Shown here piece after piece: positions 1 to 15,000 of a stretch of 64,000 nucleotides of DNA (positions are counted from its first letter, which is position 1; each line of letters begins with the position of its first letter). The position numbers and the translations under genes were made by a program. Under the pieces are notes generated by a model. It made no database searches and was not told the DNA's origin. It saw only the letters and a program-made list of their open reading frames with translations. Location: positions 256,001 to 320,000 of the forward strand of contig CAXBMO010000003.1 of NCBI GenBank assembly GCA_963977015.1, written 5' to 3'. This DNA comes from an uncultured bacterium (lineage in GTDB: Bacteria > Verrucomicrobiota > Verrucomicrobiia > Verrucomicrobiales > DEV007).

Positions 1-3000
1 GTTCCGCCCCCCGTTGTCGTCAACGCCCCACCGACATGAATTCCCGCTGAAGTGGCAGTCAGCAATATATTGCCGCCCCCTCCACCGACGCCTCCTTGGA
101 TATCAATTGTCCCGGCGCTCACCGTGAGGTTATTCCCCCCGCTGGTGACCGCGCCTATCAAGTTAACACTGCCTCCTGACAACGTTCGATTTCCCGAAAG
201 CGACACGGCGTCATTGTAAGTCTGGCTCCCACTGGTCGTCACGCTTCCTGCCAGCACGACGGAACCATCTGCGTTTGTCGTCAACGAGGCGAGATCGAAC
301 ACCCCGCCAACCGTGCTTCCAAAGGTCGTCACACCATCGCCACTGGTATTGACAACGAGCGCACGCTTCGTGCCTTCGGAATCGGAATCCAATTTGCCTT
401 CAAACGTGATATTGGTCCCTGCCAGGGTCACCGCCGAAGTAAGCGTTACCGCACCATCAAACGTTTGTTCGCCGGCCGATGTCACATCCGCTCCGATATT
501 GATCGTCTCCGCCTGAATCGTCACGTCTCCCGCGAACGTAATCGGTGCCGGTCCACTGAACGTGAACGAGTCCGTTCCGTTGTCGCCAACATCCCCGGTG
601 AAGTCGCTGTTCACGATCAAACCACCCGTGACGGGGCTCACCCTGACATGGATCTCGTTTTCGCTGACCCGGTTCACATCAGCAGCTGCGATGGAAGTGC
701 TCATCGACAGCGATGGCGAGTTCGTATCTTTGATCACGTAGTAATCGACCGTGTCGATCGTCTGGACCGAAACATCGATTTGATCCGCTGATTCCTGGTT
801 GATGTCAGTGATCACGAGATCCAGTGTGCTCCCGTTCGAAACCAATTCTACGCTCGTTTCTGCGATGCCGTGGCTGACGAGAACCACGTTATTGCCGTTC
901 GTGTCGCTCTCCGCAGTTTCCTTGTCGTAATGGATTGTAAAGACGTAGTCGTTCGTTCCATCGTTCAGCGTTAAGGCGGCCCCATTGGGCAAGCCGGCGA
1001 ACGCCCCGCTCACGGTATCCCCGGGGGTCGTGCCATCACCATCGTTATCGATCAGGACAAAAATCGCTCCATCGCCCGGATTGACTCCGGGATTCAAGGT
1101 CAGGTTGAGGGTCGCGCCAGTGCCTGCATCCGAGTTCAAGTCCACCGTTCCGGTGACGTCAAGCTGGTCGTAGCCTGCGTTGACGCCCGGTGTCAGACCA
1201 TTGATTTGGAACGTCAGAGTCGAAGCGCTATCGAGCGTCAGCGATCCCGTTCCGAGATCCTCCGCCAGTCCCAATTCCGGACTCACGGTTCCGCCAACCG
1301 AAGTGACCGTTCCCGCGACCGCGCCATCTCCGCCGAGGGTCGTTCCGGCGTTTCTCACCGTGACGTTTCCACTTCCCGTGGCTGACCCTGCCGCGTTATC
1401 CGCGAGCAATATCCCCGCTTCAACATCAGTCGCGCTCACGTAAGTGCTGGCACCTTGAAGCGTCAGTGATCCGGCGCCATTTTTCACCAGCGTGCCGCCT
1501 GCGGTTCCGCCGATGATTTCAGCAGCGGTTTGGAATTCGCCGGATTGACCCGCGTCAATCAAGATGATCTGGGTTCCGGTCCCAACCAGGTTGATGTCCA
1601 CGTCAACATTGGTCAGGTCTTGACCGGTCAGGTTCTGAATCGTGCCCGCGCTCCAATTGAAGGCCGACGTTCCGCCTCCTTGACTCAGGGTGCCGAACTG
1701 GAGAACGCCGCCGTTCAAATTGATCGTTCCCTGGGTCGCGGCATCGTTCGATGACGTGCCCCCAATGTCGGTGTCTGCGAGGACGATGGCGTTGGCGGAG
1801 ACTGTGCCGGCTTCAAAGGTCAGTTCTCCTTTGCCGCTGCCGCTACCGTTATTGTGCAGTCCGATGGCGAGTTGGTCCAAAGTTGCGTTGAAGGTTCCAC
1901 CGGAAAGATCCAGGTGACTGGACTGCGGGTTGGTTCCCGTGCCAGGGGCATCGTTATTGTCCCCGATTCGCAAATCGGTTTCCGCATTGGAGTTTCCACG
2001 AAGGGTGAAGGTTCCTCCACTGACGATATCCACGGTGGCCGGGCTCTTCAGATCACCGACGACAAATGTGTCGACGTTAAAGGTGTTGTCGGCACCACCC
2101 AGATGAAGAGAAGTTCTCACTGCCTGATTGTTGGCGGAGGTGGTGTAGCCCAATCGGACATTGTCAGCCACCACCGTATTGTCCCCAACGGAGGACAACG
2201 TGAGCGTTCCCTTTGAACCTCCCACACTGGCCCGTGAGGGATCGGCGCTGTAGCCGGCCAACACATCGTCGACCAAGATGATGACGGAATCCGCACCTGA
2301 AAAATCGACCGTGCCAACCGTATCACCCGAAGGCGTTCCGTCGTCGCGATAGCCGATCAAAAACTGTCCATCTCCATCGCCGATGGCGACATCACCGTCG
2401 CTCACTGTGAGAGTCGCTGTTCCTGTTTCGTAGCCCACACGGAGGTCATCGACGTCGAAGCCATTGCCAACCGTCATCGTTCCATCGTCCACCAGCAGTT
2501 GCCCCTCGCCTACGCCGTTGGTGACGGCGTTATTCACCGTGACATTTCCGTCGTTAATGATTTGAAGGATACCCGCTTCCATCACGACGGAATCGGTCTG
2601 CGTGATCGAACCGCCATCCACTTGGAGCGTACCAACACTCACGGTCGTGGTGCCGGCATAGGTGTTCGTCCCGGTCAGAGTTAGAGTGCCAACCCCGTCT
2701 TTCGTGAGTGTGTTGTTGGGAGTAACCGGCGTAACGAGGCCTTGATTGTAGTGATTTTCGATGGTGGTGGCGTCGAGAGCCGCGCCGTAGATGGCAACCT
2801 CGGCCATGTCGCCAACGAAGCCCTGGAAAGTCTGGCCATTGTTGTTAAGAGCTCCGTCCTGTTCCCATCCAGCCACGAATTGCCCCGAGCTGCTTAAATC
2901 CGCGTCCCAACTGTTGTTGGTCACCGTTTCCTTAAACTGGCCATCGAGATATATACTGGCTGAGCCAGATCCTGTCCCGGAGGAATCAAACGTGATGGCG

Positions 3001-6000
3001 AGGTGGCGCCAGTTGCCATTGAAGAGTTCTCCCTTGGTGATTGAAGTGGAGGAAGTGGCTCCGTTCGCGACAATATCAAGATTGTTGCCCGAAATAATCG
3101 CGATGAACTCATTCCCGCTGCCTCCGGCACCGGATCCTTCATACGAAAACAACGCGGGATCGTATGAGCCTCCAGCATGCGGGTCCGCATCCCCGCGAAA
3201 CCATCCTTCAAAGGTCGCGGTCGTGCCCGGGAAATTTGCTGTGAAGGATCTGCCGACCCCCTCTTTGAGATCTCCCCGGATGGCAATGGCGTCACCACCA
3301 GCAATCGGCGAATCCGCAGCGGGATCGATCGTTCCGCTCGTATCCAGATAGGTTCCGTTGCCAGCCGTCCCAAGGGTGCTAGCTTGCGTGGCTGCGTTGA
3401 CCGCGGTAGCACCGTTTGACTGATCGGCATCGCCAAACCGCCAGTAGATCAGCGGATCGTCGGCGATGACCGTAGCGTCGTAAACGTTGACCACCTCGGT
3501 TCCAGCCAGAATATCGCCACTGACCACGGTGTCACCGTCGCCATCGATTGTAATCCCGGCAACCTCAAGAGATACGTCTCCACTGATGGTAAGTGTATCC
3601 GCGAGCGACTCGATTCGGATTTCGCCCGTCGCCGAGGCTTCCGCAAAGAGATTCCCGCTAACGGTATTGTCGCCCACCACGTTTCTGAGCACGCCGGGAT
3701 TGGTGGCATCCGCCCCCAGGGTGATGTTTTCGGCGATGGTGAGATTCGTGGCCGGAATCGTGTTATCCAGCGCCAACACCGCGCCGTCCGCCACGATGGT
3801 GCCGGCGTCCAGAGTTCCCAGTGCATTGTCGTTGGCCACCGCCAGTGTTCCTTCGGCCACCGTGGTGACGCCGCTATAGGTGTTGGCATTCGTGAGCGTT
3901 AACGTGCCCGTGCCGCTTTTCACGACCTCGCCGGGGTGCTGGATTGCCGACAAGGCGGTCACCCGGAAATCATCGACCGCAACGTCGCTGGAATAGGTCG
4001 AACCCGTGACATTGGTCACCTGCAGCCGGACGTTACTGGAGCCAACGAACGGCGTCAGATCGACGATGGCCTGGAGATAGGACTCAGCCTGGTTCTCTTG
4101 TTGTTCTCCCGTCAGGCTGAACAGATCGCCCGACCAAGTCGCTCCATCGTCGGTGCTGGCCTGCACGGAGAGCGTCCCGATCGTGTTCCCCCACATGTGA
4201 TAGAAAAAATCGAGCTGGGCAGCAGTGAAACCCGTCAGATCGATCTGCGGAGAGATCATTCGCGCGGTCTTCCCGCCCGCTGAAGCACCGGAGGCTTCGA
4301 CGTACATGTAGGTTCCGGATGTCGTCCCCAGCGTGTGATCCACACTCGGGCCCGTATCGCCCGAGCCGGTTCCGCCCTTGTCGGAAACCCAGTCCACGTC
4401 ATCCGTGGTGTCGTTAACCCAGCCTTCGATGAGCGTCTGGGAAGCGCCGATGCCATCCGGTCCATCCCCAAAATTCTCGAAGTTCTGCGAGAGCAAAACC
4501 TCGGCGGAAAAGCCATTCATCAGCTGGCCATTTACCACGCTATCGCCGTCTCCGTCGAAGGTCAGTTGGGCGAAGGTCGCATCGCCCGCAATCGTGAGCG
4601 TATCGGCGTCCGAGGCAATGGTCGCGTGCCCCGCCCCCAACGAGCCGACGCCCATCACATCGATCGTGCCGGTCAGGGTGTTGCTGCCAACGTCGTTGCG
4701 AATCACTCCGGTTCCTCCCACGCCATTGCCGATGATCGTGAGGTCTTCAGCGATCGTCAGGCCCGCTCCGCCCTGATTGTCCAGGGCGAGGGTAGCACCG
4801 GAGGCCACCGTCGTGCCTCCAGCCAGTGATCCAAGCGCATTGTCGTGCGAGGCAACCAGAGTCCCGGCCGAAACGGTCGTTTCCCCTTCGTAACTGTTGT
4901 TCCCGGCGAGTGTGAGTTCTCCCGCACCCAGTTTGGTGATGGTTGATCCCGGGCCGGTTCCCGACACATCACCGTGAATCGAGACATTCCCGGCTCCGGT
5001 CACGTCGATTCCGGAAATATCCAGATTCACCGCGCCATTGAGTGTCAATTCCCCTGCAACCGCAGTCAGGTGAGCCGTGCCGATGGCTCCAGCATAGCCG
5101 GTATTCTGTTCCAACGTGACGGCTTGCAGCACAGGATTATCGTCTCCTGCGCCCCCCAATTGAAAGGTGTGCGACGTGGCTGTGGCGATGAATTCGTAGC
5201 TAAATACACTGCCTACATTCGTGGACACGCCAGCGGCGTATTCTTCGATCAACAGTTTCCCATCGAGGTAGATATCAAAGGTACGATTGGCGTTCTCCTC
5301 GTAGAACATCAACTGGGCCTTATAGGGTTCTCCCACGGTCAGTCCATTGAATTCCACGTCCATCGTTGCGCCGCCGCTTCCCCCGTGGCGGATCGATTGC
5401 ATGATCACATCCAAGTTGTCATCATTCGCGCTCGCACCAAAATTCGGAGTCTTCCACGCAAGAACGTCGGAGTTGGCGATGATGGTTACATTTGGCTCAT
5501 TTCCCTCCGTGGTAAAATTTGCGTCCCCGACCGGCAGTTCTGCCGTTCCACGAACATTGACGGCATAGAGGAAGTCCCCTAAAAGATCGAGACCTTCCCC
5601 GTTATCGCCTCCTGTGAAGGTGCCTACTACAGGATCGGAATCGCTCATAACTTGGATCGATCCATCGAACGAATTGTTTCCGCTCAGATTCCCAACCGTT
5701 CCTCCTTCCGCCGTCCCCGAAACCGTGATCGCCTCAAGGGTGGTGTAATCGAACCCGCCATCGAAGTACAATGCACTTCCGGTTTCGACCGTGGTTCCCG
5801 CACCGCCGCTCGCCCCCAACCCGCCGTCACGGGTAACAATCAGGGTGCCACTGTCGATCGAGGTCTGGCCCAAATAGGTATTTTGCGAGGTCAGCGTCGC
5901 CGTTCCAGTCCCTCCTTTCTCCAACCCACCGGCCGCGAGACCGCTAATGATCCCATTGACTACGAAGTCACCGGTTCCGTCCAGTTCCAAAACATGGTCC

Positions 6001-9000
6001 AACGTATCGAGCCCAGTATCGAGGGTAAGCGTGCCACCAACCGATCGAATCGTGGCGTCATCGGTCAAATTCACGGTGACGGCTGCACCGATCGTGGTAT
6101 CGCCACCCGAACTGCGTAGAGCACCTGACCCACTTTCTCCAAGTCCGGCGATATTGATGGTTTCCGCGATGGTAAGGTCCACCGCGCCGGAAATTTCCAG
6201 GGTGCCTCCCGAGGAGACATTGGTTGCTCCGCTGGTGTTACCGAGCGCTCCATCTACGGTGACCAGCAAGGTCCCGTTGGTGACATCCGCATCACCACTG
6301 AAATCATTGAGACTGTTAGTTAGAGTGAGCGTGTTGTTGCCAGTCTTCCGAAGGGTTCCGGCTCCCGTGACGATTCCATCGATGATCAATCCGCGTTCGT
6401 CGGTGAGAATCGTCCCGGTTCCTCCAACCAGAGTCACGCTGCCGTTGAGCGTGGGGCCAACGCCGCTACTGGAGCCATTGACCGTAATGTCACCTCCGTC
6501 CTGAAGGAGAATGTTGACTGCCTGGGCTTCGTTGTTATCCCAGAAATCGAGATCCGCACCTCCGGCAACCGTGATGGTTCCCGTGCCATTGAAGGAAACG
6601 GCCCCCTCAATGCGGAAGATACCCTCGGTGATCTCGACATCGCCCGGATTTTGGATGTCGGTCGATGCAATGACAAGCTCACTTGCCCCGATCTTGGTCA
6701 GGTTAAACCCTGCCATATCGAAAACAGAGGCTCCCCCACTGGCCCGCATATCCCAGCGATTCTCGGCACCGAAGGTCGCGTCATTGGTCAGCGTAATGTT
6801 TCGAAACGCGGAAATTTGGCCCGCTCCCGTGTTAACGATGGCGCCTTGTCCGCCAACGCCAGCCCCTTCCACTTGAACGAACTCATTCCCGGTTGCACCG
6901 GCGCGCTGACCGTTGATGTCGAGGGTTCCCCCACTTTCGATGACCGTCCCCGAATCGATGGTCCCCTCAACGCCGAGCCCCGCATCGTTCCCCAATTGGA
7001 TCGTTGCTCCGGCTTTGATCGTGGTGATTCCGGTATACGTATTCGCGGTGGGGAGAAACACGGTGCCGCTTCCCGAGGCGGTAAAGCCAGGATCACCTGA
7101 CACATTGTTCAGGGTGACCTGCGGATTGCCCGTCATGCTAATGGTAACCTCTTCCGTGGCAGCGCCGCTCATGAGCGTGTTGGTGAATTCCAGGTTCTGA
7201 CCTGCGTCAGCCGCTTCCACGGACAACGTTCTGTCGGCTCCACCCGTGACCACCAGATCGCCCAGTACAGCCCCCGGAAGTCCGCTCAACATCGAAATCG
7301 TTGAATCGCTCGTCATGGTGACGTCGTGAGCCACCGTTCCAACTTGGGGAGCCACGGGAGCAATGAACCCAAACAGTTCACCTTGGCTGCCAGCGAAACG
7401 GATATCATCGAAGAGAATCCCGGCGTTTTGATCGCCATTGTCCGATCCTCCCTTATGCCCCTGGAAGCGGAACTGGTTCAGAGTGTCTCCCGAGCGGACC
7501 ACATCATGCGTAACGTTCAGAGTCTGCGCCGCAGTGGCGGCGATCTGCGCCCGAGTCGTGACGTCGGTCGGATCGAGGAAATAGGTGATGGTGTCATCCC
7601 CGGTCCTGTTGACATCGATCACTCCGACGATGAGGTGGGTGGTAGCCGCAGAAAATGCGGTGCCGGTGACTGTCTGGGTGGAACTCCCATCCGCAGCTTC
7701 CAGGATGGCGTTCCCTGCCGTATCGAAACCGAGTCGGACGCTCCGGTCCAGATTCGCCTCCGAACCGAAATTGAGGACAAACTCGCCAAAGATGGTTCCT
7801 CCTCCCACCGTAGGAGCCTCCAGCAGGCCGCTGAACCAATACTCGTCCGTAGCGTCGGAATCTCCGAGATCCATCAATCTGGCGAGGTTGCTGTTGTCGT
7901 TGGCCTTGTGGTAGTTGACGAGGCTGTTTCCAGTGCCGGGTGTGTAATCGGGTGCTGCCGTGAAAGTCAAACTGCCGCTGTTAATCCTCACGTACGAAGT
8001 TCGGCCGCCGGTTCCGCCGTCCAGATTCCAGTCGGTGTCCCAACGACCCGTAAATCCATCGATCGGAACATCGCCGGTATCGTTGCCTCCTCCGCCAAAG
8101 TCACCAAGCCTACTGTCATTGCTGCCGGAATTGTCATAGACACCGTTGGCATTGTCTTGCGTGGCCGCACCGGCAAAACTGTCAGTCGTCAAGATCCCTG
8201 ACGCCTGGTTCAGGTCATCCAATTCCAGGATTCCCCCATTGAGGTTGATGGCGACATTCTCATGGCCCAATGAACTGTCATTCCCATCAATGTGAGCCGT
8301 CAGGGTAGCTCCGGCTTCCACGGTCCAGGAACTCCCACCTAAATCCCCGAGATCATTGGTGTGATCCACCAACTCGACTGAGCCGGCATTGATCAGTCCA
8401 GTGAACGTGTTCCCGGTCATCGTTCCTGAGATGGTTAGATCCCCAGTCCCATTCATCACCAGCGAGCCTCCCGCATTCACCGTTCCATTCATGGAACTCG
8501 CCATGACTCCAGTTCCGCTGACATCCAGTGTCAGGATCTGCGAATTCAAGTTCACCGTATCACTAAACGTCACGGTGACCGCCGTTAAACCAGTGGCCGA
8601 ATCGACGATGACGGCTCCGTTGTAGGTCTGATTGCCGGTCGTCACTACATCGGCATCCAGATTGATCGATGGAAGATTGACGGTGAACGTAGCCGCACCA
8701 AGGTCCAGGTCATTGGCGATCGTGAGGGTATCGCCGACGCCGCCGTTGATGGTGACCGAACCACTCGGAGCCGTGAATGTGGTTAGTTCAAAATGGACCG
8801 GTGAATCGGTGCTCTCCAGGGTCAATTCGCCGGTTCCTGAATTTTGGGTCAACCGTGCGTTGTCCGTCCCGGCCGGCAGGTTGAAAATCAGGTCGTCCAC
8901 CGTGCTACCAGTCATGTCGACCGGTTCCAGACCGGTGTAGGTCAAATCGGTGATTCCATCTCCGTCCAGATCCAGGTTTCCGGAATCCCCGGCGATGAGG

Positions 9001-12000
9001 TTATGGGTTACGGCTCCAAAAGTGCCGTTGGTGATGACGAGCTGATCCCCCTGGCCTGCGACCGGGTCCATCCCGTTCACCGTGATCCTTGCCTGAAGCA
9101 ATTTCGGGTCGGAGTAATCGAGGATAAAGGTGTCGTTGCCTTCGCCGCCTGCGGCTCCGTCGTCACCGTTGATTTCGATGTGGGCCGCGGCGAGTGGCCG
9201 GGTCGCAATCACCTCGGGCGTGCCATTGGGATCCTTGACGACTTGCACCGTGTTACCCACGACTTGCACGGCGAACTCGGTGGGTCCATCCAGACCATCC
9301 ACGACTACCGGAGCCGGATTCGCGGTATCGAAGAACGAAAGGGTGACATCGTTGCCGTCGCCACCGTTGTAGGAAATGTAGGCTTTGATGTCGCCACTCG
9401 CCAGAGAGGTGACTTCATCGCCGTCAGCCAAGCCGGTAAACGTTCCGGTAACCGCGCTGCCGCTTTGGTTGTCGATCAGGGTCAGTTGAACCCCGTCCGC
9501 CGCGGCAAATCCCCCGATCGTGATCGGGTTCAAGGTGACATCCGTCAAATTCACGGTGTCGGTGACGACAACGGCGTCATTACTGCCGCTGTTCAACTCT
9601 GCGGTAAAGGTGCTGCTTGCGGTGCTGGTCAGGCTGGCCATCGCCAAGACTCCCGCCACGCCGGTTCCTGCCGGATCGATCTCGCCTCCGTCCGCGATGA
9701 CGTTGCCACTGACGACACCGGCACCACCAAGAACACCGTCGGTTTCAACCGTGACGTCGCCGGTTCCGGTCGCCGAACCCGTTGCGTTTGCGGCCAGCAG
9801 AGTGCCTGACTGGATGGTCGTTCCACCACTGTAGGTGTTCGCACCGGTCAGAGTAAGGGTGCCTCCTCCCTGCTGAACGAGACTGTTGTCTGGTTGGTAG
9901 GTACCAACCAATTCCTGACCAGGCATGATCACGTTGTCCAGCCGGACCCAGCCCCAGCCACCATCGAAGAAATCGACGAATTCAGCGGTGTAGATCGCAT
10001 CAGGATCCGCGATGTAAAGCGCAGTGAGATCCATGGTTAAACCATCGCTGTTCGCGCCGTCACTGACATTTGCCCGAGACATCACGTAATCGCCCGTAGC
10101 CACGTTGCGGATGGCCAGTCCCTGAAAGCCGCTCTGACCTTGCGAACTCGCAGGCAGATCGGCCAAATTGTCCACATCTGCACCACCGATGTCCCGCCCG
10201 TTGCTGTCGCCGCCGTGAAGATCGAAGGTGATGACGTTGTTGATGCCGTCGAGTTTGAACTCCGGAGAAACCAACCGCAGCGTTGGATGGGCTGCGTCGC
10301 CTCCAGAACTGCCGCCAAGGGTGCCGCCCGATGTGGCGACGGCTTCAACTTCGCCGGATCTGTCTGAGGCAAGGAAGCCGGACGCGAGGGTCCATCCGCC
10401 GGTGTCGCCCGTACTCGTGTTGTCAAAGGTAAACGTGCCCGCAAAGGGAGCCAGAATATCTTGGGAACCGGTATTTCCGCTGATCACGCCGGTCATGACG
10501 ATGTCGCCAGGGCCGTAGACGTTGAGTTTGGAAAATTCCAGATCGATGTCGGCTGCGATCGTCAGGGTATCGGCCAAGGAGCCAATGCCAATTTCACCGA
10601 GGGATGCGAGTTCCGCGACGAGCGTCGTCGTGGCCTCGATCGTGTTGTTACCCGCGATGTTCACCAAGGCTCCACTCCCCGTGCCGTTCCCATTCAGAGT
10701 CATGGTTTCGCCAGCGATGGTGAGAGCCGAACCGGCCAACGTATCGTCCAGAGCAAGAACAGCCCCGTCGGCTACGGTCGTAGTCCCCGAGGAATCGCCC
10801 ACCGCAGTGTTGCTTGCGGCAACCAGGGTTCCTTCCGTCACGGAGTAGCTCGCTTCGTAAAGGGAGTTGTCCCCCGCCAAGGTCGCCGTTCCGGTTCCCG
10901 TTTTGATCAGTTCTTTGATCGGGTCCGTCACCAAGACCAAATCGACTCCGCTCTGCATGTTTCCGGGATCCAGGATTTGCCATCCGTTTCCATCTCCCAC
11001 GTCGATCTGAGGCTGAAAATTCGACCCGCCGCCGCCTTCACGGTGGCGGAGTTTGATATCGTAGATTCCAGGAGCGATCGATACGGTGACTTCGGGGACA
11101 TTGGTGGTGTAGCCGTCCTGATTGAGAATTAATTCACCGCTTTCGAAGGCTCCATCGCCGCTGGTGTCGAGGTAGATCTGAAGTCCGTCATCCGCCGTGA
11201 TGCCGGTAAACTTGACGTCGTATGGCGCTCCGGCATTGAGGTCCGGAATCACCAGTTTTCCGATGAACGTGGCTGCGTAATTGTCGTTCCGGTTCAGATC
11301 CGAGAACATGGCGTTGAAGTCCGCGTCACCGTTCAGATCCAACAAATCACTGGTCAAGATTTCCTGGATCTGATCGGCATCTCCCGGTTCACCGTAGGCA
11401 TTGTTGGCAAAGACGTAACCGCGGATGCCAGAGACCACCCCCGATACCGTTTCGCCCGAAATGTCGCTGTTCACGACCACATTCCCAGCCCCAGTCAGGT
11501 TCAATCTCGCGAATCCAACGTCCATGACGTGACTTCCCGCCGTTCCCAACGTGAGCGTTCCGGACTCCGAGGAAATGGTCAAGTCCAGCTCCGAAGGACT
11601 GGTGGATGCCGTGATGTTGCCCAAAAAGGCGTTGTCCCCGTCCAGATTCACGATCGTGCCGCTCCGAGTCGCATCCCTGCCATCCAGGCCGGAGATGTTT
11701 TCCCCGGTGACCGTGACTCCGCCACTGAACGCAATCGTCGCACCACTGGAAAGGTTCACCACATCGCTACCGGCATCGGGAACAGAATCCGAACCAAGTC
11801 CGAGCGCATTGTCGTGCCCCACGATGAGGGTGCCGCCCTCCACGTTGACCTCTCCGGTGTAGCTGTTGTCGCCGGAAAGCGAGATGGTTCCGGAGCCTGT
11901 CTTGGTGATGTCGTTGGAAAAAGCAGGGACTTGGAAGCTTCCCGCGATCGCGTATTTGCTGGCGAGATACGCCTCGACGGCCAACTTTTCGTTTACGCTC

Positions 12001-15000
12001 AACTGGTGATCGAACGCGATCACTTCGGCGGTATCGAACAGGGAGTTACTCCAGGCATCCGTTCGGTTGCCGACGATGTATTCCCGGACCTGAGTTCCGT
12101 TATTGGGCCCGGCCGCGACTTGGAGAACCATGTATTCGCCCATGCTGGCGTTCCCCGTGGTTGCCGACATGTCGAAATTACTGGCCGAGGGAATCTCAAC
12201 CCCGTTTCGGGTCACAGAAGCGGGCAGCTCGCTCCCCCAGAACCGGTCTTGGTTGCCCTCTAACATCCACATGCGGTCGTTATCGTCGCCGTCTTTGACG
12301 CCAATCGGAGCTCCCCAACTAGGACCAAAGGTGGTCCTGTTGTCTCCGGCCCGAAACACCAAATAGACGTCACCGGCGAAGTATTCTTTATTCGTCACGG
12401 CCGGATCAATCTGCAGATTCTCGTTGTTGGCGTCGAATCTGACGGCGGGCAACCCATTGATTTCGTTGGTCTCGAACGTGGGACTTCCCGTGTAGCTGAC
12501 CAGATGACGTCCATTGCCTGATTGATCGGCCCACGCGGTAACCACATCGCCATCGTTGAGACTCAGGGTCGAAGCATCGTACCAGGCTTGCAAACCATTG
12601 ATGTCACTCGGCGAAGCCACAAAGCCGGTATTGACGTCGCCGACAATGTCACCGGTGACAACGAAATCTCCGTCGCCGCTAAAAACCAGACTACCGAGCC
12701 CCATATCCAGTGGGTTGGCGATTGTGAGCCGCGCATCGGTTCCCGAACCGAGCTCTGAAGCGCCTCCTAAATTGAGGGTGAACGTCTCGCCCATCAACAC
12801 TTCGCCACTGACAAGGTCGAACTTACCGCCGTTGAGAGTGAGCGCATTCAGTGTCGAGGTGGCATCGAAAGTCACTGGGCCAATCGCCCCGAAGTCCAAC
12901 TCGAGGGCTTCACCGCTGTCGATTCCAAGACTGGTGGTACCTCCGAGACCATCCTCTTGATGAATCCGGACCGAACCGCCACCGAGCAGGAAGTTGCTCA
13001 TGGAATTGCTCTGGTGGAGATCCAACAGACCCGCACCCGATTTCGTCAGTTCAAAGCCCCCTGTGACGGCACCGGTGACGGTGAGCGAGACGTCATTGAC
13101 ATGGATTGACGCGTCACCGGTCATGGTGATCGACCCGTTGATGGTGTTGGAGTTGTTGTCGTTGCGAATGGCGCCCTCGGTTCCACGCCCATCGCCCTCA
13201 ATGAAGAAGTCCTTTTCGAACGTGCGACCGTTGCGCAAAACAAGGGTTCCTTCGGAACCCCGGATGTGGACGCTTCCCACATTGGAACCCAACCCATTTG
13301 CAGCGTGAACATCGAGCCGTCCCCAGACTTCGTGACCATCCGAGCCGTCACTTCCCACGCTGATGGTTCCGTGAAAATCAGGAATGCCGACTTCCATATC
13401 CACCCGGTCCGTGCCGCTAATTTGTAAGGTAGTGGTGCTGTCTCCGGTGATCGACGCACTGCTGCGAAAGTTGAGGCGATTATCGGCATCCAGCGTAAGC
13501 GTTTTGCCACTGGCGATGGAGATCACGCCAGCGTCGAACAACCATTCATTTCCGCCGGTTGAGCGGATTTCGGCATCGTCAACCACCGTTACGTTCGCAT
13601 TCCAGAACACGTTTCCGTCCGTTCCTTTCGTCAACGCCCCTTCGGAGTTGGCATTGCCAGATCCGCTAATGAAGATGTCCGAGGTGTAGGTTCCCGTTGC
13701 GGCAATTAGAGAACCTCCATTCTCCACCGTGATGGTTCCGTCTCCCAGAGAGGTGGGACCGGCCAGACTCAAGGTCGCGTCATCAGTAACCGTCGTGGTG
13801 CCGGAATAGGTATTGGCAGCTGTAAACTCAAAGACCGCGTTGCCTTCAAACGACAAGTCGGCTGCGGCTGTTTCCATCAGGCCTCCGAGGGTGACATTGA
13901 CAGCATTATTGCCGGCAAACGTCGCGTCACCTTGGACTTGCACTGAAGCCGCCGTCCACTTTTGACCGAAATCCGCTGAATTTGTGGTCACGGTGGCCCC
14001 GGCCGTGGTGACCAGGCTCGTGATCGTCGCCTCGCGGAACCCGGTGGAGAGATCGATGACGGATGCGTTCGAAACCGTGACGGTTCCATTGAAAACGCCC
14101 TGCGGAACGGCATCGGTTTTCAAATCAAAGCGCTCCCAGGTGGCACCGTTGTCGAAACTCACCTCCGGCTGAAGCCGTGAACTGCCACCGCCCTCCCGCG
14201 CTTGGATCGCCACGTTGTAAGTCTGGCCAGCGGTTACCGCTATGGCGCTCGTGGTGTAGGTTCCCCCACGATCCGCTCCGTAGGGATCTTCCGCGCCGGA
14301 ATCAAAGGTTCCATTCCCGTCTAGATCAATCCGAATCCGGTTGGCGTCATCCGCTGAGGTATGGCGAAAAAGGGTGGTCGTCGCCGTGACGGGAACGGTC
14401 AACCTCCCGACAAAGGTCTGCCCAAAACTGTTGGGATCCGAAGGATTCCCTGAATTGTTCAATCCAAGCAATTCATTCCCCCAAAACGCGAGGAAATCAG
14501 ACTCTTGAGCAAAATAGACCTCGCCCCCCAATATCTTGGTGGCTAATTGAGTCGAATCACCGGGTAAATCGGTATCGTTGCCATTAAAGAGATACGCCAT
14601 GGCACCTTGAATCTCCGTCGACGCCGCGGGAAGTAGCTCGAACGTCGCGCCGTCCAGATTCACATTCAAATTTCCCGCCGCGCCGCCGGATGCGTCCAGT
14701 ACCGCGCCAAACGTCGCTCCGGTTGTGGCCGTGACTGTGCCGGTGAGGTCGTTGTTCGGATTGTGAAGGTTCAACTGACCAGCCGTCAGGGTGAAATCCG
14801 TCGCGGTGTCGATTTCCACAAACAGATCAACCGTCCCGCCGCCGCTCATGGTAATCGTGTTGGCAATCAGCGTGCCGTTGGTGACGGTCAGCGTCCCCGA
14901 TGTCTCGAATTGGACTTCATCCACCGTGATCGTCGCCCCGCCCAAGTCGACCGTCCCATCAACCACGCGGAAAACCGCGACCTCTGTTCCCGTGTCCGGA